A DNA stretch of 64,000 bases from Octopus vulgaris. Taxonomy: Eukaryota. The stretch lies in assembly GCA_951406725.2 (NCBI GenBank), contig OX597831.1, positions 14,880,001 through 14,944,000 of the forward strand. Direction: 5' to 3'. Below are positions 1-13,448 of this stretch, one piece after another (the first letter of the stretch is position 1; the number at the start of each line of letters is the position of its first letter). Position numbers and translations under genes: made by a program. The notes under the pieces were generated by a model, which ran no database searches, was not told the origin of the DNA, and was given only the letters and a program-made list of their open reading frames with translations.

Positions 1-1178
1 ATTATATTATATAAACACGTTTGTGGTTTAAGATCCTATAATGTGATGCTGCATTGCAATATTGTAAACTAAAATCAAATTAAATTATATTATCAGTAAG
101 ATAAGAATTAGAAATTAAATATATCACAGACCTGTATATAACCCGATAATAAGTTTTCCATAATTAAATACACGAATGTATAAGATTAGATTCACAACAA
201 AGGAAATCCGCAAAGAGTATATTTTTCTGGTTACCTCAGAGCTCTTTTTATATGGATTTATTCAGAGTTATTAGAGACGAAGCAAAGGAAGCTGTGAGAA
301 TAATATTTGATAAAGACTCATCGGCGCGGTGTTACGGGGCTTGTTGCAATATTTGTGTATCAATTCTAACCGAATCATAAAGTTAACCTACTATTTGTAA
401 ATGGCCCGTATGAATCTCGATACCTTAGAATCTCTGCTGCTAAACTGGGCCTAGGAAATGTGTCTGTGTGATTTACATGCCATCGGGAAGAAAAAACGTT
501 CTAGTTCAATAAACAATTTTGATATAATATTTATTTTAACTATTTTTCAGGAATCAGAATTTTTCGTGTTGCACCACAGATGGAAAGGATACGCTGTGGC
601 ACTTCTGACTATGCTTGTGGAAATACTCTGAGTGAAGGTTCATAGCATGATATTGTGCGTTTCACACACAACTGCATATGCCTCATGCAACAGAAACACG
701 TGTCAGTCATTTTTACTAACATATTATGCTGTATATTTAACTGTTAGATTAAAGAAACAATTTGAAGATGTACCAGACTTTGTAATCGTTTTGAATTTAC
801 ACTCCAGAAAATATACATAATCTAACGAAGCGAACTCGAATTTACCAATCAAAGAATTAAAGTGGAATTGTTTTCCCTCAACGGTTTTTGATACCTCTTA
901 CTACTTGATGTGGTTTGTCTGAATCTGGAATATACCTCAGAGTGCTTAGAGTACCAGTATGGATAATTTGTCCCTATATACTCATTCTGTATATAGACAT
1001 CATAAGAATTTATAAATTTCGAGAGAAGTTGCGACTGAAGAACGTTTGAACGTTTCTCAACACATGAAACTATTAGCAGCGCTTAAATGCATGTAGTACA
1101 CCGTTTAAATAGGTAAATAACATTTATCACTCACCAGATTGAGTACATGTTGAATTTTCTATCACAGAATGATACATT

Positions 1179-1228
<50 letters not shown>

Positions 1229-1483
1229 TACGCGTTGTGAGATGTCGATAAACATCGTTAAACTGTTGTTATTATGTTAATGTTCCTATCCAATTTCGTG
1301 TTAGTTATAACCGTGAGAGAAGCTGATATAAACTAAAGTACGGTACACAAAAGCGAGTACACACTCATTCACCCACAGGCTCAAGTATAACAAACACATA
1401 GTCAGATACGCAAATAATGTACCCCTTCAAAAATACTTTTGTCATTAGGTTGAAGATATTTGAGCGTAATTAAGATGATATTC

Positions 1484-2065
1484 TTTTCTACTCTAGGCAC
1501 AAGGCCAGAAAATTTTGTGGAAGGGGCCAGTCGATTAGATCGACCCCGTAACACAACTGGTACTTAATTTATCGACATCCGAAAGGATGAAAGCGAATGT
1601 CGACCCCGGCGGAATTTGAACTCACAACGTAACGGCAGACGAAATACCTATTTCTTTACTACCCACAAGGAGCTAAACACAGAGCGGACAAACAAGGACA
1701 GACACACGGATTAAGTCGATTACGTCGACCCCAGTGCGTAACTGGTACTTATTTAATCGACCCCGAAAGGATGAAAGGCAAAGTCGACCTCGGCGGAATT
1801 TGAACTCAGAACTTAGCGACAGGCGAAATACCTATTTCTTTACTGCCCACAAGGGTTTACACACAGAGGGACAAACAAGGACAGACAAACGGATTAAGTC
1901 GATTACACCGACCCCAGTGCGTAACTGTTACTTATTTAATCAACCCCTCAAGGATGAAAGGCAAAGTCGACCACGGCCGAATTTGAACTCAGAACGTAGC
2001 GACAGACGAAATACTGCTAAGCATTTCGCCCGGTGTGCTAACAATTCTGCCAGCTGGCCGCCCTA
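1484..2065 (-). mobile_element. tRNA-derived SINE with Meta/MESC-like central domain, three tandem units (family A)
   Basis: Minus strand has a tRNA-like head (GGCAGAATTGTTAGC...GAGTTCAAATTC) followed by GTCGACTTTGCCTTTCATCCTT..GGTCGATTAAATAAGTACCAG, in a ~180-bp unit repeated three times. Many other copies occur in the window. Confidence 0.85.
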
Positions 2066-3040
2066 ATTAAGATAATATTAACACAAATATTTTAATATGT
2101 CAAACGAAGATTACTTCACGATATCTACCATGTATCCTACGTAGCATTTACAGAATTGCGGAATTGCTGAATTGCGGAACAGCTGAATTGCAAAATTAAA
2201 TAACTGTATGACTGCAGTGAAAATACAGATATTTTGTTCTTGAAACATTAATTCTGTTTGGCAGTCGAACAAGTTAATCAATCCATTCTATTTTATCTAG
2301 TTCTGTCTAATTACCGATCTTATGTTAAGAAACAGTTATTTCAGAACTAAAGCCAATTGTTGTCTTCATTTAACGATGTTTCTAACTTATACGATGCCAA
2401 TATCTCAGGTATGTCTGTGAATGAATTACCAGCAAGAATACACGATTGGCTGACGGACAATAATATTACTTCAATAAAACTGTGTCGATGGTAATTTGTC
2501 AAAGAGATCGTATCAAAATTCGTATACAGAAACAATGCTTACAAACACGTGTATTTTAAAATATTATTATTTGTAACCTCGTGTTTTGGGGTTCTGTCCT
2601 GCTGCACGATGCTTATAGTTTAGCCTCAGTTTTGTACTTGCCCGGGAGTGTCACTGAAAAGATTAAATCTTTGTTTATGTATTTTCGTGGCCGTGCTTGT
2701 GTTGATGTTAAAAGCTGCAGGCAGCTGTCCGGTTGCATTCCTTCACGTTAAACATCCGTGGCTTAGGGAACGTTAAAATGACTAGAATGAATAAAGTACT
2801 GGATACAATCTAGTCCTCTAACACATGCTATAGAGGTGATCCAGTATCAGCCAACATAATTTCATAAAAACTATAAAAAAACAGAATAAAATAAAATAAA
2901 AATAAAATAAAATAAAATAAATTAAATTAAATAAAACTTACATAAAAATTTTAAAAAAATAATAAAAACGAATGTCAAATTTGTTGTTTAATATTAGTTT
3001 TCGTACATTTTTCATACACTCCATAAAAATTTGTTCTACG

Positions 3041-3104
3041 TATGAATGTATGTATGTATGTATGTATGTATGTATGTATGTATGTATGTATGTATGTATG
3101 TATG

Positions 3105-3135
<31 letters not shown>

Positions 3136-3252
3136 TGTATATATGTGTGTATGTATGTATGTATGTATGTATGTATGTATGTATGTATGTATCTATCTAT
3201 CTATCTATCTATGTAACCATCTATCGATATATTTATCTATCTATCTATCTAT
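3041..3252. repeat. (TATG)n/(TATC)n microsatellite
   Basis: Directly visible. Confidence 0.95.
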
Positions 3253-3389
3253 CTTGAAGTAGCCAACTTCAGTCTGTTCTTTGCTCATGCACAGCCGTTA
3301 GGGACTTGACACGTCAACGTCCTTCTTTGCGAACTGGTGACGAGGTTGTATTTTGTGTTTTGGAGCACTCTGAACACGAAGAAAGTAGA

Positions 3390-4075
3390 ACGAACATTAT
3401 AGATAACTCTTGCTATTTTTCTCTATTTTAAGGAAGGCAAAAAAGCGGCAGAAACCTGAAGGAAAATATGCGCTGTGCACAGAGAGGATACTATTAAAGG
3501 ACGTGTGTCCCAGAAGTGGTTTACAAGAGTTCGATCCGGAAATTTTTCGGTTCACGGTGCGCCTCGATCTTACCGGTTAATTGAGATTACTAACAACACT
3601 AATCCTACCGGGACAATTACAGATATTCCCCCAAAACTCGGATCAAATTTTGAAAACCATCTGCTTCCAATTGTTTACGTCAGTAGGCCGTGAGTTTGGT
3701 TCGCACATCAATTTCCACCTGTAGAAACGTGATGAAAAGCATACATTTTTTAAAGGAAAATAGTGACAGGGGACGTATGATTTATCGTCTGTCACAATGT
3801 GAAATGCAAGCAATCATGGTTAAAGCGCGTCGAACTACTAAAATTAACCTCCAAAGCCGAACGTCATCTGAAGTAGATAATGCTTTCAAATTGTTGGGAT
3901 GAACGACTGTTGTCCTTTACGTGGTTCTTTCCACAGACAGACTCATCAATTCAGATTCGTACTGTCACTTGCTGGAAGAATCAAACGCAGTGATCCTCAG
4001 AAGCGCTAATCGGAAGTTCATTGTCTTTTATGAAGACAATGTCTGACCGGACATTTCATCGAAAATGCAGAATCG
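3390..4075 (+). mobile_element. Degenerate mariner transposase relic
   Basis: Broken frames give GKKAAET*RKICAVHREDTIKGRVSQKWFTRVRSGNFSVHGAPRS (mariner HTH region), KIVTGD, INSDSYCHLLEE and VFYEDNV*P (FHQDNARP-like). Confidence 0.8.
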
Positions 4076-5171
4076 TTTGTGAATCAGACAAAATGCTTAG
4101 TAGCATTTACTTCAGCTTTTTACTCAAATACCACCGAGGCCATCGTTGCCTTTCATCCTTTCGGTGTCGATAAAATTAAATACCAACCAAGTAGTGGCAT
4201 CAGTGTGAACGCTTACCCATTCGCGCTAACATTCCCTGGGCATGTACCGAACTTAGAAACACCCATTTCTATATATAACATTATGAATATGTTTGGCCAA
4301 GGTGATGAAGCATTACAATGGATTTTCTAATCAATCCAATTATCTTTTTGAAAACACTGCACTAGGAAGCACCATTTGAAGATTGCCATTCCGTCTAGTG
4401 ATTCCTAGTAGTTAACGGACAAAGAATAGAGATACAGAGTATAATCGATCAGACTAGGCATGTAAGAGTGTGTGTGTGCTTTGTTTTCGTCAAAACAGGA
4501 CTAAGGAAAGCAACGGGTTACAACATTGGGATGTGAAATCAGAACGTAATGAATTCTGAGCCGCCACTCCAAGCTAAATAACAAATTTCTGAACACAAAA
4601 CTGAAATAGATAACGGAGTAAAGTTAAGCAGAAAGTAGTGCCAAGCGAGAGACGAGAACCGTAGATATTATCTCATCTGCTGGAATTCACATAAACCATT
4701 CATCCCTGTACACAGTACAGCCATTTATATTACAAGATTTCCCCCCGGCTTCGTGACAAACATTAACGCTTAGGCCATTAATAACGGCAATTTTATCAGC
4801 TATAAACCTATAATTTTATCGGTTTTACTAATGCGAAAATCTTGTTAGATATTGTATTTAATTTTTTTTTATGCAGAAAGATACTTTATTCAGAATCGGT
4901 GGTTTAATTAATTTCCAAGAGGAATTGGTTAACATTAAATCTTAGTTATTAATCCAGATAGAATTGCATTTCGCTGTTATGTGAGAACACAGGAGGTGCA
5001 CACATACATGTATACAACTTGTGTGCTTGTGTGTAAGAAGTGTAGTTGAACTGGTCAATAATTTAAATGACAGTAAATTTCCTATCACCGGCATTATAGT
5101 AACGTCTCATGGTCTTCGAACATTCATTTTGTCTGGTTTAGTATGCCGCTATATATATATATATATATATA

Positions 5172-5720
5172 TGTGGGTGTATATACAAAATTTAGAGGAA
5201 TGACCACTAATAGTGGACAGCCTATATGCTAGAAATATACGTCAAACTCGCCATTTACCACGAAGAATGTGTTCTCAAGAAAAAATTCAGCAAAAAACCA
5301 AAGCGTAAAAATAAGCAAGACAAATGAAAATATACGAAATCAAAAACGATTACCTATATACTAATTAGTTTCACTTGTTAATATTTATGTATATGGATAC
5401 GCAAACATCTGCAAGATCGTCAGCATAGTCTGTCGTTTACGAAATACAATTTCTAGAACTAGATACAGGGCGCTCGACCGAAATCCAGCATTGTATAAAG
5501 TTCCACAAATTATATTTATGTGTATCCTTCAAATGCCTTCACTTTGGCGCCCTGAGATCGGAAATTACTCTGCAGTTAATAAACTACAGCAGTTAATAAA
5601 CTACAGCAGTTAATTTACCGGCTAGAGAACATTTTTTATTTAAAATTAAATAAAGGTAGAAGTTGATATTAATCAATTAAAACCAGTGGCCTTGCATATT
5701 TAAAAAAAAATCCGAAGATT
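5172..5720 (-). mobile_element. Short non-coding hammerhead-bearing element (pLTR/retrozyme-like) between (TA)n tracts
   Basis: About 550 bp with no ORF, bounded by (TA)n on both sides, and containing the hammerhead motif at 5352-5430. Its 3' part (TTCTT.GTGGT...TATTTCTAGC...GTCCAC) resembles the element at 62266-62680. Confidence 0.55.
5352..5430 (-). ncRNA. Type I hammerhead ribozyme motif
   Basis: Minus strand: CTATG-CTGACGA-TCTTG..CAAGT-GAAA-CTAATTAG-TA-TATAG. Stem I CTATG/TATAG, stem II CTTG/CAAG, palindromic stem III, GUA triplet. Confidence 0.7.
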
Positions 5721-5727
5721 TTAATTT

Positions 5728-5818
<91 letters not shown>

Positions 5819-5910
5819 AGAGACAGATATATAGATATATATATATGTATGTATATGTGTGTATCTATACATATATACAGAGACAGCGAGACACAGACAG
5901 ACGGACACAC

Positions 5911-5987
<77 letters not shown>

Positions 5988-6185
5988 CAGTACTGTACAA
6001 TAGGTTTCGGCCACTTTAAACTATTCTAACTTTCTACTAATTGCCAAATTATATGACGATGTTTCGCGTTGCATTTTTTACAGATGAAACATTGGCCCTG
6101 CCGAGGTCATTTCCATACCTAATCATTATATTTTGTAGTAGGAGTTCTAAATAAAGGGAAGAGATGAGGCGACCACCAAAAATGA

Positions 6186-6870
6186 CCGTGCGAAAGTTTC
6201 GGACACCCCACACCTACCAATCATGATACGGTGCTTTCAAGCAGAAAAAAGTCTAAATGAAAATTTATTACATAATTTTTATTTCAAGAATTTACTTGTA
6301 CAATGCTAATATTTCGTGTGGTTTTCCTTAGCTTGAATAATTGCTTCAATGCGCCTGGGAAGAGTTCCGTACAAATCCTTCACTATCTCACAGGTACGAG
6401 ATGCCATTCTCTGTGGCTGATCTCCTACAACTGTTCAAGACTGCGTTGGTTCTTCTGACGAACTCTTTTCTATAGTTCTGTCCACATTTGATCGATGATA
6501 TTTTAGTCAGGGCTCTGGGCTGGGAAATCTTTCAATGTGATAACACCTTCATCAACCAGATACTGTTGTGTTGCATGCGATCTGTGGCATGCAGCTCCGT
6601 TATGCTGAAATATCTCAACTTCATCCAAGTCTGCTATCAAATTGTCTTATAGTAACTGTGCGTATTTAACCAACTTTCTTGAACCATCACTTTTTATGTA
6701 TCCTCAATGCACCAGACTCTTATCCCAGATTTCACTGTTTTCGTCGTGTAACGTGGGTCGTTTCGCTTTCCTGGAGGCCTTCTGACAAATACTCGCTTAT
6801 TAGAAACCTCTATGTAGGTTTTTCGCATCTGCCAATTCTTTTAAAGCTGTACAACTTCTAATTTACTTGT
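6186..6870 (-). mobile_element. Tc1-family transposase relic (C-terminal half plus TIR-like end)
   Basis: Minus-strand translation gives IFQHNGAACH, DFPAQSPD*NIIDQMW and LPRRIEAIIQAKENHTKY*. A Tc1-like TIR (GTGCGAAAGTTTCGGACAC) lies at about 6188. Confidence 0.85.
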
Positions 6871-7744
6871 AGTGCTATTATATAAAAAAAAAATGTCAGC
6901 ATCTTTGTCATACAAATAAATTATTTATTCATCCATATTTCTCCATTTTCTTTCTATCAATATAATTGTGAGATTCCACACCATTCATAGCATACCGAAA
7001 TTGTTTAATACTCTATAAATACCAGCGGCCTGTCAAGGGGATTTTATTCACACAATTGTCATGGTATAATGAAATAAATATGTAACGTGTGGTATAATTA
7101 TTAACAGGGCAAATGTTATCCATATACGTGGTAAGACAGACATATAGATAGGTAGGTAGATAGATAGATATGTTTGTATGAGTCCTTGTGCCTATGTTTG
7201 TACCCCACAGGCGCTTGATAGCCGGTGTTGAGGTGCTTACATTCTCGTAAGCTAATGGTTCGGTAAAATAGACGTATAGATGTCCCAAGCTTAAAAGTTA
7301 AAAAATGTGCTGCTGTTAATTCACTCGACTAAAATTCCTCAACGCGGTGCCCCAGCATGGCCACAGTCTAACGACTGAAAGAAATACAACGAAGAAGTTT
7401 AAAAAATAATTTAACCGTAATGAATGTTGCTATGGTGATTGTTCAGAAATATTACATCGATATACTTTAACGAGTTTGATTGAAATAAACCATTTTGTTT
7501 GTTTTTATTTATATAAGTTTACTAATAACGGTTAGTCCTGTGGATTATATTATTATGTTGTCAAATTAGTGAACTGAAGTTGAAGGAGGGTAAGGTGGAG
7601 GAGTAAAAGAAGGAAAAAGAGAGTAGTAGGAGAGGTGAAGAAAGAAAAGAAGGAGAATGTGGAAGGGGAGAAGGAGGAAAAAGAATGGGAGAGGAGAGCA
7701 GGACAGTAGTAGGAGAGGTGAAGAAAGAATAGAATGCGGAATGG

Positions 7745-8764
7745 GAGGAGGAGGAGAAGAAGAAGAAGAAGAAGAAGAAGAAGAAGAAGAAGAAGAAGAA
7801 GAAGAAGAAGAAGAAGAAAAATACAAACGAAAGAGAAAATCAATGATGATGATGATGATGCAACAAAGACACAAGAAGAAGTAGGAGTCGGTGAAGAAAA
7901 ACTAAAAAGATGCTGAATGATAATAAGACGAAGAAGAAGAAGAAGAAGAAGAAGAAGAAGAAGAAGAAGAAGAAGAAGAAGAAGAAGAAGAAGAAGAAGA
8001 AGAAGAAGAAAAAGAAGAAGAAGAAGAAGAAGAAGAAGAAGAAGAAGAAGAAGAAGAAGAAGAAGAAGAAGAAGAAGAATATCTACTAAAAAGTTTAGCT
8101 GCCATTGAAAATTCGAAACAAAAATGTCTGGTTTCTAAAGTTGTCCATTCCTCAATCAGCCATGTTTAACCGAAAGATAACCGTCTGTCTAAATATGGCG
8201 GACAAATAGTTTGATTGAATTGATATGAAACGTTTATTTGGAATTATTAAATATGTCGTTTTTACGTAGTTTAGTGAATCAGCTGTCAAAACTGGTTGGT
8301 TGTGATTGAAGTTAAAAGGTGGCGGTAAAATGTTCAAATAGTAAAAAAAAAGCAAAAAAAATGAAAGAAAAGAAAAAGTGAATAGAAAAGAAGGAGAGAA
8401 AAGAGGGGGAAAATGAACATTTCAGCTCTCAGTGGAAGAAACTTGCTCGAGGAACCGGAAAATAACTTCTCCATAATGTTTGCTGCTCGGTGTTACATTG
8501 GAAGCGCCCCTGGTGTGAAAATGGAAGACATTTGCTAACGTAGAAGGGGGAAAAATCAGAAATACGATGACGACGATAATGATGATGATGATGATGATGA
8601 TGATCGTGGTGGTGGCGGTGGTGGTTCCTTTGATTGAAATGATCATATGATGGTGATGACGATAATGTTGATAATGATGATGATGATATGGTGGTGGTGG
8701 TGATGATTGTATTGGCGGTGGTGATGATTATGGTGGTGGTGCCACTGATTGCAATGATCATGTT

Positions 8765-8797
<33 letters not shown>

Positions 8798-9419
8798 GTG
8801 TTGGTGATGGTGGAGGTGGTTTGGGCAAAAAAGTGACGCTGTTGCTGGGGATAGTGATGATGAAGATAATTATCGTTGCGGTGGCGGCGGCGGTGTTGGT
8901 GTTGGTGGTGGTAGTGGTGGTGTTGGTGGTGATGGCGATGACGATGGCGAAGGTGTCGATGTTGTTCCTATGATGATGATGATAATTATCGTCTTCACCA
9001 TCTTGGATGGTGGTGATGATGGCGTCGAGGACGTCGACAACTTCGTAGGTGATGATGATGATGATGTTCATGATATGATGGTCATTATGATAGTGATAAT
9101 GATGGCGATGACGATGATGAGGATGACGAGGAGGCTGAGGAGGATCGTTGTGATGGTTACGGGAAGGCATTGGTAGACCCGCATACTTCAAATTCTCCAC
9201 ACTTTTGTATATTTTTATCTTTTGAGTGGTAGTAGTAGTAGCAGCAGCAGCAGCAACATTAGTAGTAGTAGTAGTCGTAGTAGTAGTAGTAGTAGTAGCA
9301 GTAGTAGTAGTAGTTGCAGCAGAATTTTTTTTTCTTTGAACGAATTATTGGTATTGAATTAGATTTTCATTTGGCTTCGAGACATGAGCAATCAGCAAGA
9401 AGGCAATTCGTAAATAAAT

Positions 9420-9498
<79 letters not shown>

Positions 9499-9500
9499 GT
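7745..9500. repeat. Cluster of trinucleotide microsatellites: (GAA)n, (GAT/GGT)n, (TAG)n, (CTA)n
   Basis: Directly visible; explains the poly-R/S/L/T ORFs. Confidence 0.9.
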
Positions 9501-9579
9501 TGCTGTTTCTCCTGCTGCTGTTACTGCTATCATTGCTGCTGCAGTCACGGAATTTGATGGACGTGCAGCTGATAATAAT

Positions 9580-9765
9580 GATTTCAAATTTTTGCCACAG
9601 GGTGACTAAGACAATTGCATCAACCTCAGTGCGTTACTGGTACTTATTTTAATCTACGGCCGAAAGGATGAAAGGCAAAGTCGACGTCATTGGAATTTGA
9701 AATCGGAACGTAGCTAAACATTTCGCCCGGCGTGCTAACGTTTCTGCCAGCTCACTGCCTTCACT
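9580..9765 (-). mobile_element. Family A SINE monomer
   Basis: Contains CGAAAGGATGAAAGGCAAAGTCGAC and TTTCGCCCGGCGTGCTAAC...CTGCCAGCTC. Confidence 0.75.
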
Positions 9766-9826
9766 TGCTGCTGATAATAATAATAATAATGATAATAATA
9801 ATAATAAAAATGATAATAATAATAAT

Positions 9827-10533
<707 letters not shown>

Positions 10534-10586
10534 ATGATAATAATAATAATAATTTTAACATCATTATAATTATAATAATAATCATA

Positions 10587-10624
<38 letters not shown>

Positions 10625-10659
10625 CATTATTAATAACAATAATAATGATAATGATGATG

Positions 10660-10723
<64 letters not shown>

Positions 10724-10747
10724 TAATAATAATAATAATAACAACAA

Positions 10748-10910
10748 CAACATCGAAAAATACCTTAGGAATGAGAACCCAGGTACGAAATTTCCCGAAG
10801 ACACCTGATGAAGGCTGGTGGGTATATCAGCTGAAACATCGTGTTAACAACAAACAAGATGAGGACAAATATCTGTCAAATCTAAATAATGTAAACAATG
10901 TAAATAATGA
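10748..10910 (+). mobile_element. Hammerhead-bearing pLTR-like repeat (copies at 27755-27935 minus and 28158-28258 plus)
   Basis: Near-identical sequence at three loci, with the hammerhead core at 10800-10845. Confidence 0.7.
10800..10845 (+). ncRNA. Minimal type I hammerhead ribozyme motif
   Basis: GACAC-CTGATGA-A-GGCTG..CAGCT-GAAA-CA-TC-GTGTT. Stem I GACAC/GTGTT, stem II GGCTG/CAGCT. Confidence 0.65.
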
Positions 10911-11632
10911 ACAATTTATGTTAATAAATAGAGATAATAAAACATAAGCAGTACAGTACAAGTAATATGCAAACATGTGAAGAACAAAATAGCTTCAGAA
11001 GAAAATGAAAGAAAATCCTAAATTTGCTTTGTTTCACAATAAATAATTCTTTGATATCAGCCAAATACTAATGGGTTTTGGAATTACCAGACGTTCTGTC
11101 ACTATAGAATTACGTATGATATGAAAGACTGAAATTAATATTGATATTATGAAAACAGAAAGAATAAATATTTAATCTAATTTCTTAAAGTAAAGCAATG
11201 TTTTTCAAGAAGATCTCTTGTCGCAGAGACGGATTAGTTGTCTTACATTGTCGTCCGAGACTGCATGTAACTACATCTTCTATAACGAAGTCGATATTTT
11301 ACCTGGTATACATATTTGATTTGCAAATGTATTACCACAGAAGACAATATGGCAGAATATTGATTTCCAACAATCTACAAATTCAGGAAACACATTTCTA
11401 TGAAGAAGAATTTGAGATATTTGCTAACGCCAAGTTGAACAGAGGAAAACAATAAAACAAAGCAATAGCAAAGAAGGTACGATTCTATAAATCAAACGGA
11501 ATAAAGAGTGATACAGGATGACAGTCTCCATGTGTGTTATTTTAACACCGTCACTCAACCACTACACATTCTCTCCGACAGATCATTCATCTAGAGAAAG
11601 GGCCTGCCATTGGAAAAATTTTTTATATTTAC

Positions 11633-11650
11633 CTGCCTGTATTTGGCCAT
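11633..11650 (-). CDS. Candidate first coding micro-exon (MAKYRQ) of an unidentified host gene
   Basis: Minus strand reads GCC-ATGGCCAAATACAGGCAG|GTAAAT: a strong Kozak context and a GT donor, in otherwise unique sequence. No downstream exon was identified. Confidence 0.2.
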
Positions 11651-13164
11651 GGCTGACACTTCGAGACCTTGTTTCTCTTGCAGGTAATTACGTCAATATC
11701 TTCAGGAAGTGAGAGTATAGAAGAAATTGCAGAAGGGCGTTGTTCTATAAAGAAAAGAATGGAGCTTGTAACTAGTGTGTGACCTGGAGTGTTAAACGCA
11801 ACCAAATTCAGAAGAAATGAAGAGATATGAGGATCTCGAATGTCTGATTAGAGGTGGTAAAAACCAGTCAACTCCAAAGAAGAGAAGCCTTTATATAAGT
11901 GATAGAAATGAGAGGCACGGAGAGAGAGAGAGAGGGAGAGAGGGAGAGAGAGAGAGCGAGAGAGCGTGGGGTCAGCACAAGGGCTAAAAAGGCTGCAGCG
12001 TCTCTGTGAGTGATCAATTACCAATATTTCAAGCGGATATAGTATCGATATGTTGTTTGATCACTGTACGCGTAGCACCGAACCAGAAGACATTACATTT
12101 CGCAACTCAAAGGAATAACAAGATCGGTAACTCTATGATATAATCGATAAAGTAATGGAAAACAACGACATTTGTCATGGAAGACATTTTAATAGCAAAA
12201 TATGTCGTAAGTCATAACAAACAGATAAAGTGTCCTGATAACAATTTTAGGTAGTTGTAAATTATTGAAAGAAACCCAAACACTATGATCTAAACATTTT
12301 CAACCCAGAGAGTAAGACATCGTTTTGTGGTCAAATGACTAACATATTTATGGCCTCAGTTTTGTTTCTGGGATTTACCTAGGTTTTTAGAATAACATTC
12401 TGCCATAGAATTCCTTCTCCTCTCATGAATAAATGTTTATTTCCATCTGCTGGCCAGATAACTAAATACTTGTGTTTCTAAATCATTTTTATTCGGTAAC
12501 TCTCTCTAGAATAATGTCACATATATTTGATAGCTTAAATCCCGCCGAGAAAATGTAAACTTGACACATTTATCAAATTCAAAATCCATTTTGATATCAT
12601 CACTACATTATTTGTCTGTGTGGAGCATCCCTTCCAGGCTTGGCTCAGTTTTACATTTTCGAGTCACACGTTTAGAGAAAATGGCTGATGTTTTTTCTAT
12701 GCACATAATATGCATATTTCATTCCGGTTTACTTAGGAAAACAGTGGTGAACAGAATAACAAAGGAAGCATAGATCGCCTTTGAGGGTCCACAACTAATA
12801 TTGACTCCCCCAGGGTTTATGTTGAGAATTAATCGTATTTTCTAGTGTTTCGTTAAGATATCCCCGAGGTTAAAATATCTCTGACAATTAGTAAAATTTT
12901 GGAAGCCTCCAGTTCACTTGTGAGGAAGTCTATCAAAGCCGTTCTGTTGTCAAAACACACCACTGGCTTTTTTTCTTCTATTGTGACAGTCATCAACAAT
13001 CATTTCCTAATTGAAAGTTGATTTCAGCATTCATATGACATTTCCAGCAATTTTGTTCATCAGAAAAAATACGATGTTCCATTGAGATTCCTGTGCACGT
13101 ATTATACAGCAATTATTGCTATTATTATTATTATTATTATTATTATTGTTGTTGTTGTTGTTGT

Positions 13165-13201
<37 letters not shown>

Positions 13202-13249
13202 ATAATAATAATAATAACAATAATAATTATAATAATAATAATAATGATA

Positions 13250-13338
13250 ACAGCATCACAACAAATCACACTACATACCCAAGGCACACAGAGCTGCGCT
13301 CGGTAGTGAAGTGAAAGCACGCTATAAAAATAAAACTA

Positions 13339-13342
<4 letters not shown>
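13250..13342 (+). mobile_element. Probable 3' UTR fragment of another Dong-like family inside (TAA)n
   Basis: About 90 bp of non-repetitive sequence ending ATAAAAATAAAACTACTG-(AAT)n, with (TAA)n on both sides. The family assignment is inferred. Confidence 0.4.
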
Positions 13343-13431
<89 letters not shown>

Positions 13432-13448
13432 TATTATTATTATTATTA

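Noticed and set aside
551-637. Possible plus-strand exon after TTTTTCAG (IRIFRVAPQMERIRCGTSDYACGNTLSE)
   Set aside because: Weak donor (GTTCAT), no recognisable homology and no partner exons.
1030-1082. Hammerhead-like CTGAAGA..GAAA-CTATTAG-CA
   Set aside because: The essential U16.1 is C and stems I and II are poor; at most a decayed copy.
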